A DNA stretch of 64,000 bases from a virus (Duplodnaviria > Caudoviricetes): positions 1-64,000 of the IMG/VR virus record IMGVR_UViG_3300020577_006545, one strand, 5' to 3'. The position numbers and the translations under genes are program-made. This document shows positions 27,481 through 36,224 of this stretch, in pieces; position 1 is the stretch's first letter; each line of letters starts with the position of its first letter. Under the pieces are notes generated by a model. It had not been told where the DNA came from and did not search any database. It saw only the letters and a program-made list of their open reading frames with translations.

Positions 27481-27489
27481 GGAGTAAAT

Positions 27490-27660
27490 ATGAAAATTAC
27501 ATTAACACATCAAGAAATTCAAGAAGCGTGTATTAGTTGGTTGAATGAAAAGAAAATTAATTTACCAAAAGATGCTGTAGTTGATTTTACTGATACTAAC
27601 TACGACGATAGAAAAGTTGAATACGGGTATTTGATTGCGTCTGTTGATACGGATTTGTAA
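27490..27660 (+). CDS. Small hypothetical protein (not in ORF track)
   Basis: MKITLTHQEIQEACISWL.. 56 aa after AAGGAG SD. Confidence 0.6.
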   Translation: MKITLTHQEIQEACISWLNEKKINLPKDAVVDFTDTNYDDRKVEYGYLIASVDTDL

Positions 27661-27662
27661 AA

Positions 27663-28052
27663 ATGAAATTAATACAAAAAATTTTATATAAAAGAAAGAA
27701 ATGGTATGTTAAGAGAAATCGTTATAAAAGAAAACGCAGGATGTCGTTTAGAGAAATAAAAGTGTTGTGGGATAAAATCAATAATACGCAATATAATAAT
27801 GACGAATACTATTATGGACTTAGAAGTGTGTCGGATATTCTAACACAAATTCTTATTTCAAATCAAAAAAGTTTTCGTATATATTATTTTGATGATAATG
27901 ATGTTTTTGATATGATTAAGATTATAGAAACAGTTAGAAATAGAGATGTATTAAGAAAAACGCTTACTGGTGGTATGATTTGCTTTAAATTCATTAGTGA
28001 TTTAAGAATCACTAATAGTGAATTGTATTTGAAATACAGGCTTTTATTATAA
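27663..28052 (+). CDS. KY[KR]LL-domain family protein
   Basis: ends ELYLKYRLLL*. Confidence 0.65.
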   Translation: MKLIQKILYKRKKWYVKRNRYKRKRRMSFREIKVLWDKINNTQYNNDEYYYGLRSVSDILTQILISNQKSFRIYYFDDNDVFDMIKIIETVRNRDVLRKTLTGGMICFKFISDLRITNSELYLKYRLLL

Positions 28053-28429
28053 TGGTAAATCATAAAATTTTAAAAATAAAAGGAACGGAGAACTCATTTA
28101 TTCTTTCATCTGATGACACTAATACAATAAAAGTATTAATAAATAATGCTAATGATATTGCACTTGTTATTACAGATATGATGAAACGGTTTGAAGAAAG
28201 TAGATTTCAAACTGAAATTTTGGGGTTTAAGGCAGATGCAGATGGAGTAGTGAAGTTTACTATGGAGTTTACGATAGGAGAGACATTTGGAGAAATGACA
28301 GAAGACAAATTTCTTGAGTATTTGAATATCTATAGTGATGTTAAATATAAAAATTTTGTAAGAGCAATTAGAAATGCATCTGTGCAATTTGATAAAATGT
28401 GCGAGAAATATAAACTATTAATTGAGTGA
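28052..28429 (+). CDS. KY[KR]LL-domain family protein
   Basis: MTEDKFLEYL...MCEKYKLLIE*. Confidence 0.65.
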   Translation: MVNHKILKIKGTENSFILSSDDTNTIKVLINNANDIALVITDMMKRFEESRFQTEILGFKADADGVVKFTMEFTIGETFGEMTEDKFLEYLNIYSDVKYKNFVRAIRNASVQFDKMCEKYKLLIE

Positions 28430-28808
28430 AATTATGATTAAAGGAATGACTATAAGAACTTTTAACGAACTTGAAAAAGTTGTAAAATCATATTCTTCAT
28501 TTTATGGGGAAGATGTTGATTTTAGAGTTGAAGAAATAGGAATTGGACATATTGAATTAACTTTCATTTTTTATGAATTTAAGAGTGTTGAACTAATTAA
28601 AGAAGTGATGAAGGCAGTTAAACCTAACATAGTTATTAGTGTTAGATGTGATTGGCGTTTGTTTTTAGTTGCAACAGATTTTACAGAAGAAGATTTTATA
28701 CAATTTCTTACTGAAGAAAAACCAGATGAATGGGTGTTAAAATCAATTGCAGAAAATAATAAAAGAGTTGCTCTTTTGTGTGAAAAGTATAAACTATTAG
28801 TGGGGTAA
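28422..28808 (+). CDS. KY[KR]LL-domain family protein
   Basis: FTEEDFIQFL...LCEKYKLLVG*. Confidence 0.65.
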   Translation: MSEIMIKGMTIRTFNELEKVVKSYSSFYGEDVDFRVEEIGIGHIELTFIFYEFKSVELIKEVMKAVKPNIVISVRCDWRLFLVATDFTEEDFIQFLTEEKPDEWVLKSIAENNKRVALLCEKYKLLVG

Positions 28809-28811
28809 AAT

Positions 28812-29078
28812 ATGAAAAAAATAATTTTAGTAATAATTCTATTAACATCTTGTGGTCTACCAAAACCAGATTGTACTAAGATTGGTGATAGTTATGACGA
28901 TGTTGTTAAGAACTGTGGTAGACCGGATAAAATTGAATATAGAAATAGGTATGTTTCTTTCATAAATTATTATGAAGGAGTATATTATTTAACAATTGGT
29001 TTTGATAGAGACATTGTAAATCAAATTCGTTATGATAATGGTAAAACAAAAACTGTAGATTATGGTAAGGAGGAATAG
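28812..29078 (+). CDS. Small lipoprotein
   Basis: MKKIILVIILLTS-C lipobox. Confidence 0.7.
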   Translation: MKKIILVIILLTSCGLPKPDCTKIGDSYDDVVKNCGRPDKIEYRNRYVSFINYYEGVYYLTIGFDRDIVNQIRYDNGKTKTVDYGKEE

Positions 29079-29080
29079 AA

Positions 29081-29398
29081 ATGCATATGATAGAAGAAAA
29101 AACAAAAGAGCAATTTAAAAAACAATTACAACTTACGCAAACAAATCTTACAGAAGAAGAATTGGAAAGAATTTCCAATTTTGCTATAAATTATTTTAGT
29201 AATCATTTACAATGTGTTAGAGAGATAGACGGATTTTTGCAATATGCTTTTAGATGGGGAATGTTAGATAATCCTTGGAAGACATTTGAAGATGAAAGAA
29301 TTGGTGAAGACCAAAAAAGAAGTTGGAAAAATATTGAAGAATTGAGTATTAAATGCAGACAAGTGCATACCCCAAGTAATGGATTTAGTATAATTTAA
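29081..29398 (+). CDS. Hypothetical protein
   Basis: 105 aa ORF. Confidence 0.55.
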   Translation: MHMIEEKTKEQFKKQLQLTQTNLTEEELERISNFAINYFSNHLQCVREIDGFLQYAFRWGMLDNPWKTFEDERIGEDQKRSWKNIEELSIKCRQVHTPSNGFSII

Positions 29399-29408
29399 GG
29401 AGAATTAA

Positions 29409-29819
29409 ATGAACGCAATGGAAATGGAAAGTGCAATGATTGGTTATGAAGCCGCTCAACAAGTAGCGATGATGCTTGGAAGAGATTTGATTGCTTATAA
29501 AAATAAAGAAAATGAAAATTTTAAAATTGAAAAATGGGATTGGGGTGGAGTTGAATACGATCAAGGCGATCAGCATGTTCAAGTATATATTGAGAGATAT
29601 TGTTGTGGTGAAAGTGACACAGAATGGATTAATATTCCATTTGAATGGTTTGATATGAAAAGAGAAGACATTTACGCTATTATTGATAAAGAAAGAGAAG
29701 AGAAAAAAAGAATAGAAAAAGAAAGAGTTGAAGCGATGAAAAAACAAATGGAAGAAGAAACGCTTGCTGGCGAGAGAAGATTATACGAAAGTTTAAAAAG
29801 GAAATTTGAAAATGTTTGA
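29409..29819 (+). CDS. Hypothetical protein
   Basis: 136 aa ORF, GGAG SD. Confidence 0.6.
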   Translation: MNAMEMESAMIGYEAAQQVAMMLGRDLIAYKNKENENFKIEKWDWGGVEYDQGDQHVQVYIERYCCGESDTEWINIPFEWFDMKREDIYAIIDKEREEKKRIEKERVEAMKKQMEEETLAGERRLYESLKRKFENV

Positions 29820-31134
29820 AAAATTATTGAGTTTGATTAACACAAACCAGTTTCTAACTGGTGGTTTTATATTAGGATTACTTGGAGGTATCGCCGTCTA
29901 TCTGAGAAGCGTTCCTGCAAACATATTATATTTTATAAGAAGGAGAATTGTGTTCTCTGTTGAAATTGAGAACCATTATGCTTCTTTCCATATGTTCTCA
30001 TACTGGCTTCAAAAACAGAAACCAGTATTTAAGAATAAGAATTTCTTCTTGAGAGAAGAACAGAGGATTTCAAGAAATGTTGAATTTGATGATGACGATG
30101 ACGATGAGTTTGGCAATACAACTGGAAAAGAAAAAAGAAAAAATAAAATTTTCTATGTTCCATCAAGTGGGCTTCATTTCTTTAAATACAACAAGAAACT
30201 TCTTATTATCTATTTCTATAGAAAAGAAGTGAATAACACGAACTCGTCTCCAGAATTTGAAAGCCCATTCCGTTATTCATATACAATTTATATGTTTGGT
30301 AAAAACGAAGAATGCCAAAAAACTATTGATATGATTGTTGAAGAGAGTGGGGCAGAACTATCTAAAAAGACAGATGGAAAAATCAAAATCCGCGCATCTG
30401 CTAATATTATAAGATATGGAGAAAATACATTTAACTGGAAACTTTCTGCATACAAACACCCAAGAACAAAAGAAACACTTGTTTTTGATGATGGTTTCTA
30501 TGAAGATATTGAAAGTGATATTGATAAATTTCTTCATAATAAACAATGGTATAAAGAGAAAGGAATTCCTTGGAGAAGAGGTTATCTCCTTCACGGTGTC
30601 CCAGGTGGTGGTAAGACTACTCTTATTGAAACTATTGCTGGTAGATTTAATTTCAACATCAATATTCTTGATTTAATGAATGATAAACTGACAGACCAAT
30701 ATTTAATTGAATTGTTTGCTTCTAATAAAGACAATTCAATTATTGTTGTTGAAGACATTGACACAATCTTTGAGAAAAGAACGCCGACAAGTGATAAAGT
30801 AAAAATAACTTTTAGCGGTTTGTTAAACGCTATTGATGGCATTGCGTCTAAAGATGGGCAGATTATTTTTATGACCACAAATAACATTGAAGTCCTTGAC
30901 GATGCACTCAAACGGTCAGGTCGCCTTGACAAACACATTGAATTTGATTATGCAAGTGAACAACAAAAGAGAAAGATGTTTCTTAAATTCTTTAAAGAGG
31001 ATGAGTTGAATGCTAATAAATTTATGGATATAATGAAAGGGGTAAATATATCTATGGCTAAATTACAGGAACATTTCGTTCTTTACTCTTATGATGTAAA
31101 TGCTATTTTTGAAAACATTGGAGAATTAAAATGA
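29806..31134 (+). CDS. BCS1-like AAA+ ATPase with N-terminal membrane anchor
   Basis: WYKEKGIPWRRGYLLHGVPGGGKT, IVVEDID, ITFSGLLNAIDG, MTTN..LDDALKRSGRLD. Confidence 0.88.
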   Translation: MKMFEKLLSLINTNQFLTGGFILGLLGGIAVYLRSVPANILYFIRRRIVFSVEIENHYASFHMFSYWLQKQKPVFKNKNFFLREEQRISRNVEFDDDDDDEFGNTTGKEKRKNKIFYVPSSGLHFFKYNKKLLIIYFYRKEVNNTNSSPEFESPFRYSYTIYMFGKNEECQKTIDMIVEESGAELSKKTDGKIKIRASANIIRYGENTFNWKLSAYKHPRTKETLVFDDGFYEDIESDIDKFLHNKQWYKEKGIPWRRGYLLHGVPGGGKTTLIETIAGRFNFNINILDLMNDKLTDQYLIELFASNKDNSIIVVEDIDTIFEKRTPTSDKVKITFSGLLNAIDGIASKDGQIIFMTTNNIEVLDDALKRSGRLDKHIEFDYASEQQKRKMFLKFFKEDELNANKFMDIMKGVNISMAKLQEHFVLYSYDVNAIFENIGELK

Positions 31135-32192
31135 TTAAACTATATAAAACAAATGTAAATGGATCAACCCAAATGTGGGAGGCTTTCTGTGAAGGAAATA
31201 CTCTCACTGTTAGATGGGGGCAAGTAGATGGTAAAATTCAAGAGAAGGTTACTGTTTATAAAGAAGGGAAAAATAAAAATCGTGCTAACGCCACGACGCC
31301 TGAGCAACAAGCTATCCTTGAAATGAATTCTACTGCTCAGAAAAAAAGAGATAAAGGATACAGTGAAAAGATTGGAGAGAGTTCAAGAAAAGTTCCTCTC
31401 CCAATGCTTGCTAAAGTTCTTGATGATAAAACTAAATTGACTAAAACAGTTTTTGTTCAACCTAAACTTGATGGCATTAGATGTCTTGCCGACCCAAAGA
31501 CAGGAGAACTATTTACAAGAAACGGTAAGAAACTTGTTGGGCTTGAGCATATTGAAGAAGCAGTAAAATCATTGAAATCAAGAGTATGGTTGGATGGTGA
31601 ACTTTACACTCATGGCATGACATTTCAAGAACTTGCGTCTGCCATCAAAAGAATTAAAACAGTATCAGAGAAAGCAAAAGATGTTAAGTATGTTTTATTT
31701 GATGCGATCAATGACGATAAATATCTTGATCGTCTTATGTATTTAAGAAGTATAGTAAATGGCGATTGTCTTGAAATAGTTGGTTGTAAAACAGTTAATG
31801 GAACAAGAGACGAAATAAACAAAGCTCATTCTGAATTTATTGAAGATGGATACGAAGGAACTATGGTTCGTCTTAACGATGAAACAGGATACGAAATAGC
31901 AAGAAGAAGTAAAACACTTCTAAAGAAAAAAGATTTTCTTGATGCTGAATTTACCGTTGTTGGAACAAAAGCGGAAGAGAACAGGGATGATATCCTTGGT
32001 TCTTTTATACTTGAAATGGAAGATGGTAAAACTTTTGATGGACGACCTGCTTGCACTATGGAAGAAAGAAAGAATATGTGGAAAAATAGAAAAGACTATA
32101 TAGGGCAGAGAATGACTGTGAAATTTCAGCAATTTTCAGATGATGGAATTCCCCGTTTCCCTGTGGTGATGGGTATTAGAGAAGTAGATTAG
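31131..32192 (+). CDS. ATP-dependent DNA ligase with N-terminal WGR-like domain
   Basis: QPKLDGIRC (motif I), LDGELY, EGTMVR, LLKKK, OB-fold end DGIPRFPV. Confidence 0.92.
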   Translation: MIKLYKTNVNGSTQMWEAFCEGNTLTVRWGQVDGKIQEKVTVYKEGKNKNRANATTPEQQAILEMNSTAQKKRDKGYSEKIGESSRKVPLPMLAKVLDDKTKLTKTVFVQPKLDGIRCLADPKTGELFTRNGKKLVGLEHIEEAVKSLKSRVWLDGELYTHGMTFQELASAIKRIKTVSEKAKDVKYVLFDAINDDKYLDRLMYLRSIVNGDCLEIVGCKTVNGTRDEINKAHSEFIEDGYEGTMVRLNDETGYEIARRSKTLLKKKDFLDAEFTVVGTKAEENRDDILGSFILEMEDGKTFDGRPACTMEERKNMWKNRKDYIGQRMTVKFQQFSDDGIPRFPVVMGIREVD

Positions 32193-33121
32193 TGAAAAAA
32201 TGACAGTATACTAAGATTTCCATATAAGATAATATCATGTATGTTTATGCACTTATGAATATAATAAACGGTAAATTATATGTTGGTAAGACTACTAATA
32301 TTGTAGCAAGGTTAAGAGTGCATAAACATAATGGTAAAAACAAGTCTAAACATAAATTAAATATTTATTTATATAACGCAATTCATAAATATGGGTGGGA
32401 AAATTTTAATTTTTGTATCCTTTCCGAATGTAAATCTGATAATGAATTATCTAAAAAAGAATTATTTTGGATTGATTATTTCTCATCATCCGATAGGAGT
32501 TTTGGATATAATATAGTCAAAAGCGATAGTGGGTTTTACAGACACTCTGCTGAAACAAAAAATAAAATAAGTAAAATAAACAAAGGTAGAAAACGTACAA
32601 AAGAACAATGTGATAAAAACAAATTATTGCAAAAAAATATATGGGATAATCTTTCTTCTTCAGAAAAAATGGAAAGGCAAATTAAGGCGTATGCTGGTAA
32701 AAAAATAAAAGTTAGAAAATTTTATATAAAAAAAATACATAGGATAAGACAATTTTTAAAACTTTTAAGTAAAGACGAAATCAAAATGATAGGCGGTGTT
32801 AAAAGAATAATTGCGTGGAGAAATGGAAATAAAAATCCATTTAGTAAAAATGAAGTATCACTTTTAATATCAAAATTAAAAAAAGGTAAACCATTGAAAA
32901 TAAATACAAAAGAAAAAATAAGAAAGAAAATACTTGGCTCAAAAAGACCAAAACAAATGGTTCAAGTCTTAGAGTACGATAAAAATATGAATGTTATTAA
33001 CAGTTATAGTTCTATAACAGAAGCAAGTCTTATGACTGGATGTTCCTCTTCAAAAATATGTGATGTGTGCAAAGGGAATAGAAAATCAACTAAGGGGAAA
33101 ATATTTGGCTATGGAGATGGA
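32142..33121 (+). mobile_element. Homing-endonuclease cassette: replacement ligase 3' end + promoter + GIY-YIG
   Basis: Ligase terminal 16 codons are duplicated either side of the GIY-YIG gene. Confidence 0.75.
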
Positions 33122-33175
33122 GATGGAAAACCACGCTTTCCAGTAGTTCTTGGTATAAGGGAGATTGACAAATGA
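32237..33175 (+). CDS. GIY-YIG homing endonuclease (NUMOD3/NUMOD1) fused in frame to a ghost ligase C-terminus
   Basis: YVYALMNIINGKLYVGKT..R..H..Y.AIHKYGWENF; RHSAETKNKISK; ends DGKPRFPVVLGIREIDK*. Confidence 0.9.
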   Translation: MYVYALMNIINGKLYVGKTTNIVARLRVHKHNGKNKSKHKLNIYLYNAIHKYGWENFNFCILSECKSDNELSKKELFWIDYFSSSDRSFGYNIVKSDSGFYRHSAETKNKISKINKGRKRTKEQCDKNKLLQKNIWDNLSSSEKMERQIKAYAGKKIKVRKFYIKKIHRIRQFLKLLSKDEIKMIGGVKRIIAWRNGNKNPFSKNEVSLLISKLKKGKPLKINTKEKIRKKILGSKRPKQMVQVLEYDKNMNVINSYSSITEASLMTGCSSSKICDVCKGNRKSTKGKIFGYGDGDGKPRFPVVLGIREIDK

Positions 33176-33276
33176 AAGAAAAGTTTGACAAAAATAGTGG
33201 CAATGGTATTATGTTCGTTGCCTTTGGTTTTGTATTATTAGTTTCAGCTTTGTTAATTTTGTTAAAAATGAATTAA
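33172..33276 (+). CDS. Small membrane peptide (not in ORF track)
   Basis: ATGA overlap with preceding stop; 34 aa with one TM. Confidence 0.5.
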   Translation: MKEKFDKNSGNGIMFVAFGFVLLVSALLILLKMN

Positions 33277-33286
33277 AGTTACCAGT

Positions 33287-33478
33287 GTGTTCTGGAACTT
33301 ATTTGAAGCAATACTCATAATATTCGCTGTTTGCTTTACATCTTATGAATTTGAGATGTTTCAACAGGCTTCAGTTAATATTATGGTATTGCTTTCTGTG
33401 TTTATATTCACATTTCCTGTAGTTCTGTTTTTTTATTTGGTTTATAGATTTTTGGTTAGAAAAATAAAAAGTTATTAA
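33287..33478 (+). CDS. Small membrane protein
   Basis: Two TM segments, GTG start. Confidence 0.55.
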   Translation: MFWNLFEAILIIFAVCFTSYEFEMFQQASVNIMVLLSVFIFTFPVVLFFYLVYRFLVRKIKSY

Positions 33479-33489
33479 TAACAAAAGAG

Positions 33490-33672
33490 ATGGAAGCGTT
33501 TATTTTATATATTATTATAGTAATGCACGGGTCAATTACAATTAATACTGAAAAGTATGATACATACGAAACTTGTGCAACCGCTAAAAAGTTTGCCGGT
33601 CAATTATTACGCGATATTGCTAAAAAAGAAGGCGAAAACAACGAAGTTTACACATTCTGCACAAAGAAATGA
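33490..33672 (+). CDS. Small exported/membrane protein
   Basis: Hydrophobic N-terminus, two Cys. Confidence 0.55.
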   Translation: MEAFILYIIIVMHGSITINTEKYDTYETCATAKKFAGQLLRDIAKKEGENNEVYTFCTKK

Positions 33673-33824
33673 AACCGTATCCAAAAACAAAATGGGAACA
33701 TATAGTGTTTACATTTACTGACCACGATAGTTTTATTGGGTTTGTAAAAATTGCTGTATTAACATTACCGTTATTAGGATCATTATATTTATTGTATTTT
33801 TTACTTGCTGTGTGGAAATTTTAA
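33669..33824 (+). CDS. Small membrane protein (not in ORF track)
   Basis: ATGA overlap; 51 aa with C-terminal TM. Confidence 0.5.
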   Translation: MKPYPKTKWEHIVFTFTDHDSFIGFVKIAVLTLPLLGSLYLLYFLLAVWKF

Positions 33825-33839
33825 TTAAAATTGAATAAT

Positions 33840-33855
33840 CTGGCACGGTTATTGC
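33840..33855 (+). promoter_or_regulatory. sigma54 (RpoN) -24/-12 promoter
   Basis: CTGGCACG-GTTA-TTGC matches YTGGCACG-N4-TTGC, intergenic. Confidence 0.65.
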
Positions 33856-33923
33856 CTTACCAATCTCAAAAAAAGTTAAAAAGTGACTTTACTTAGTTTA
33901 TAATACGAAAGATAATAAATAGT

Positions 33924-34118
33924 ATGGAAAAGACTTTAAAAGTTTATGGATTTTGCCGTGAAAAATGCTGTCCTGTTGTTGTGGATAATGGAACAGAAAT
34001 CGTTATTGGCGAAGAAAAAACTGAAAACGGGCTTGGTGGATTTACTGCTATGAGCAGACAACAATTTAAAGACTTTGTTGACGCCGCTAAAGCCGGTAAG
34101 TTTGATGAGGTATTGTAA
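33924..34118 (+). CDS. Small Cys-containing hypothetical protein
   Basis: 64 aa, FCREKCCPVV. Confidence 0.6.
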   Translation: MEKTLKVYGFCREKCCPVVVDNGTEIVIGEEKTENGLGGFTAMSRQQFKDFVDAAKAGKFDEVL

Positions 34119-34189
34119 TAGTACTACAACATCTTGAACTAGCGTTAATTTCAGCGTTTGCAACTTTTATTTTTGTGAGGGGTTTATGA
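34118..34189 (+). pseudogene. Ghost N-terminus of the 35004 membrane-protein gene
   Basis: (I)VLQHLELALISAFATFIFVRGL* aligns with LKSLEILVVTACATFIVVFSRL; start appears degraded TAATG>TAATA. Confidence 0.7.
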
Positions 34190-35007
34190 ACAAAAAGCCT
34201 TTCACAGAAAGAGAAAAAAAACAAATAATTGATTGGTATGTTAAAGACAATTTATCAATTAATAAAATAGTTGAAAAAACAAATATTTGGAAACCAAGAA
34301 TAACTTCTTTATTAAAAGAGAATAATATTTTTATAAATTATGATAGAAAAAATCATAAATATAAATATAACGAAAATTTTTTTTCCAATATAGACACACA
34401 AGACAAGGCATATATTTTAGGTTTGTTATTTGCTGATGGATGTGTTCATTCAAAAAGAAACGCTGTTTCTTTAGGTCTTCAAGAAGTAGATAAAAATATT
34501 TTGGAACAAATTACTAAATGTTTAGTAGTTGGCAACAAAAATTTGAGGTTTACAAATAACACTATAAAAAATCATAAAAATGTTGTTAGTAGAAAAAATA
34601 CTTACATATTTGAAATAAATAATGAGAAAATAAAAGATGATTTAATTAGATTAGGATGCACACCAAAAAAAAGTTTTACATTGAAATTCCCAAACATTGA
34701 TAAAAAATTACAAAATCATTTTATAAGAGGATATTTTGATGGTGATGGGTGTATGTGGGTTAGTAAAAAAAATAAAATAGATTGTGTTTTTAGTATTTTA
34801 GGTACTTTTGAGTTTTTAGAAACTATCCAAAATATTTTATATACAGAATGCGGGTTAAATAAAACTAAAATACAAAAACAAAGCAGTATTTTTAGATTAC
34901 AATATGGAAGAAAAAAATCTTGTGATAAATTTAAAGATTATATTTATCAAGATGCTAATATGTTCTTAAAAAGAAAATATGATAAGTTTTTGGAGATTTC
35001 GGGATGA
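34186..35007 (+). CDS. LAGLIDADG homing endonuclease (two motifs) with N-terminal HTH
   Basis: AYILGLLFADG and HFIRGYFDGDG. Confidence 0.92.
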   Translation: MNKKPFTEREKKQIIDWYVKDNLSINKIVEKTNIWKPRITSLLKENNIFINYDRKNHKYKYNENFFSNIDTQDKAYILGLLFADGCVHSKRNAVSLGLQEVDKNILEQITKCLVVGNKNLRFTNNTIKNHKNVVSRKNTYIFEINNEKIKDDLIRLGCTPKKSFTLKFPNIDKKLQNHFIRGYFDGDGCMWVSKKNKIDCVFSILGTFEFLETIQNILYTECGLNKTKIQKQSSIFRLQYGRKKSCDKFKDYIYQDANMFLKRKYDKFLEISG

Positions 35008-35282
35008 GTATTTTTGATTTAAAATCATTAGAGATATTAGTTGTAACAGCGTGTGCAACTTTCATAGTCGTGTTCAGCAGACTATTCAAGCCTTTAAGAG
35101 AAAGAATTGAGTTTTTTAGATGTTCGCTTTGTGTAGCATTTTGGGTAGGCATTATATTTGCCGCGACAGACCTGATCTACTATAAATCGCCCTTTGACAT
35201 ACTTTATGTATTCAAAATGGGCATCGCCTCATCAGTTCTTTCTTTTTTAACTTACAATTTACTACACAAACTGGAGCGTTAA
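35004..35282 (+). CDS. Membrane protein, holin candidate
   Basis: 3 hydrophobic segments, directly upstream of lytic transglycosylase. Confidence 0.55.
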   Translation: MSIFDLKSLEILVVTACATFIVVFSRLFKPLRERIEFFRCSLCVAFWVGIIFAATDLIYYKSPFDILYVFKMGIASSVLSFLTYNLLHKLER

Positions 35283-35337
35283 GAGCAGAATTAAATTCTG
35301 TACCCTTATCATATCTATTTGTTGGGAGGAAACGAAA

Positions 35338-36141
35338 ATGACAAAGACAATGAAGAAAGTAAAAAAACTAAATCTTGGAAGGATATTTACAATCCCTTTT
35401 CTATTTATAGGACTTACATTTATGTATGCAAACCTATTTAGCCAGGATTTACAATTAAAAAATTATATTGCAGATGTTAAAAACGATAAAACATCTATTG
35501 CATTTCCAAAAATAAGAGAAAGTATCACAAGAGATTGGGACAATGCCATAAGAAATGGTAGCGTTTCATCGTTGTCATATTCTGATGGAAATGTTAGTGA
35601 AGCAGAAGTTCGTGACGATTTAATTAGAACAATCAATTATCATGGTAATATGAATGCATGGAAATTATCAGATATTAAAGCAGTTACGCAGGCTTTACAA
35701 TTTGGACATAACCATAAAGATTTTAGAATAAATTATAAGGTTGCATTGGCAATTATGTCTATTGAAAGTGAGATGAACCCGTATGCAACAGGACACAACA
35801 CAAATGGTACAACTGATTATGGTTTAGGGCAACATAATTCATGTTGCATTCTTACAAGGTATGCTCAAGCAGTAAGACTTGAAAGAGAATATAAAATCTC
35901 AACTGTTAGAAGTGCAACTATGGATAGATATGATCCATTAACAAACGCAATTTCTACGTTACTTTATTTAAGAGATAACCGAACTGCTTTTGAACAAGTC
36001 GCAAAAACAAATAAAAAATTCATTCCATTGAAAACTGTGGTTGTAGCATACAATAGAGGATTTAATGGTGCGTTGTATGTTGGTAATGAGCAGGTAAAAT
36101 ATTTTGACAAATTTATGGTCGTTTACTCAAGATTGAACTAA
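35338..36141 (+). CDS. Lytic transglycosylase (SLT/lysozyme-like) with N-terminal anchor; endolysin candidate
   Basis: ALAIMSIESEMNPYA..NTNGTTDYGLGQHN, DP..N, VVAYNRG. Confidence 0.8.
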   Translation: MTKTMKKVKKLNLGRIFTIPFLFIGLTFMYANLFSQDLQLKNYIADVKNDKTSIAFPKIRESITRDWDNAIRNGSVSSLSYSDGNVSEAEVRDDLIRTINYHGNMNAWKLSDIKAVTQALQFGHNHKDFRINYKVALAIMSIESEMNPYATGHNTNGTTDYGLGQHNSCCILTRYAQAVRLEREYKISTVRSATMDRYDPLTNAISTLLYLRDNRTAFEQVAKTNKKFIPLKTVVVAYNRGFNGALYVGNEQVKYFDKFMVVYSRLN

Positions 36142-36161
36142 CAAAATTTTACTTTCCTTGC

Positions 36162-36190
36162 TTGATTTTTCCTCAATCAAATTATACAAT
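36162..36190 (+). promoter_or_regulatory. sigma70 promoter at the start of the glycosylation island, flanked by a 12-bp inverted repeat
   Basis: TTGATT-17-TACAAT; TTGCTTGATTTT/AAAATCAAGCAA. Confidence 0.65.
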
Positions 36191-36224
36191 ATGATTGTAA
36201 GGTAAAATCAAGCAAAGGAGAGAG

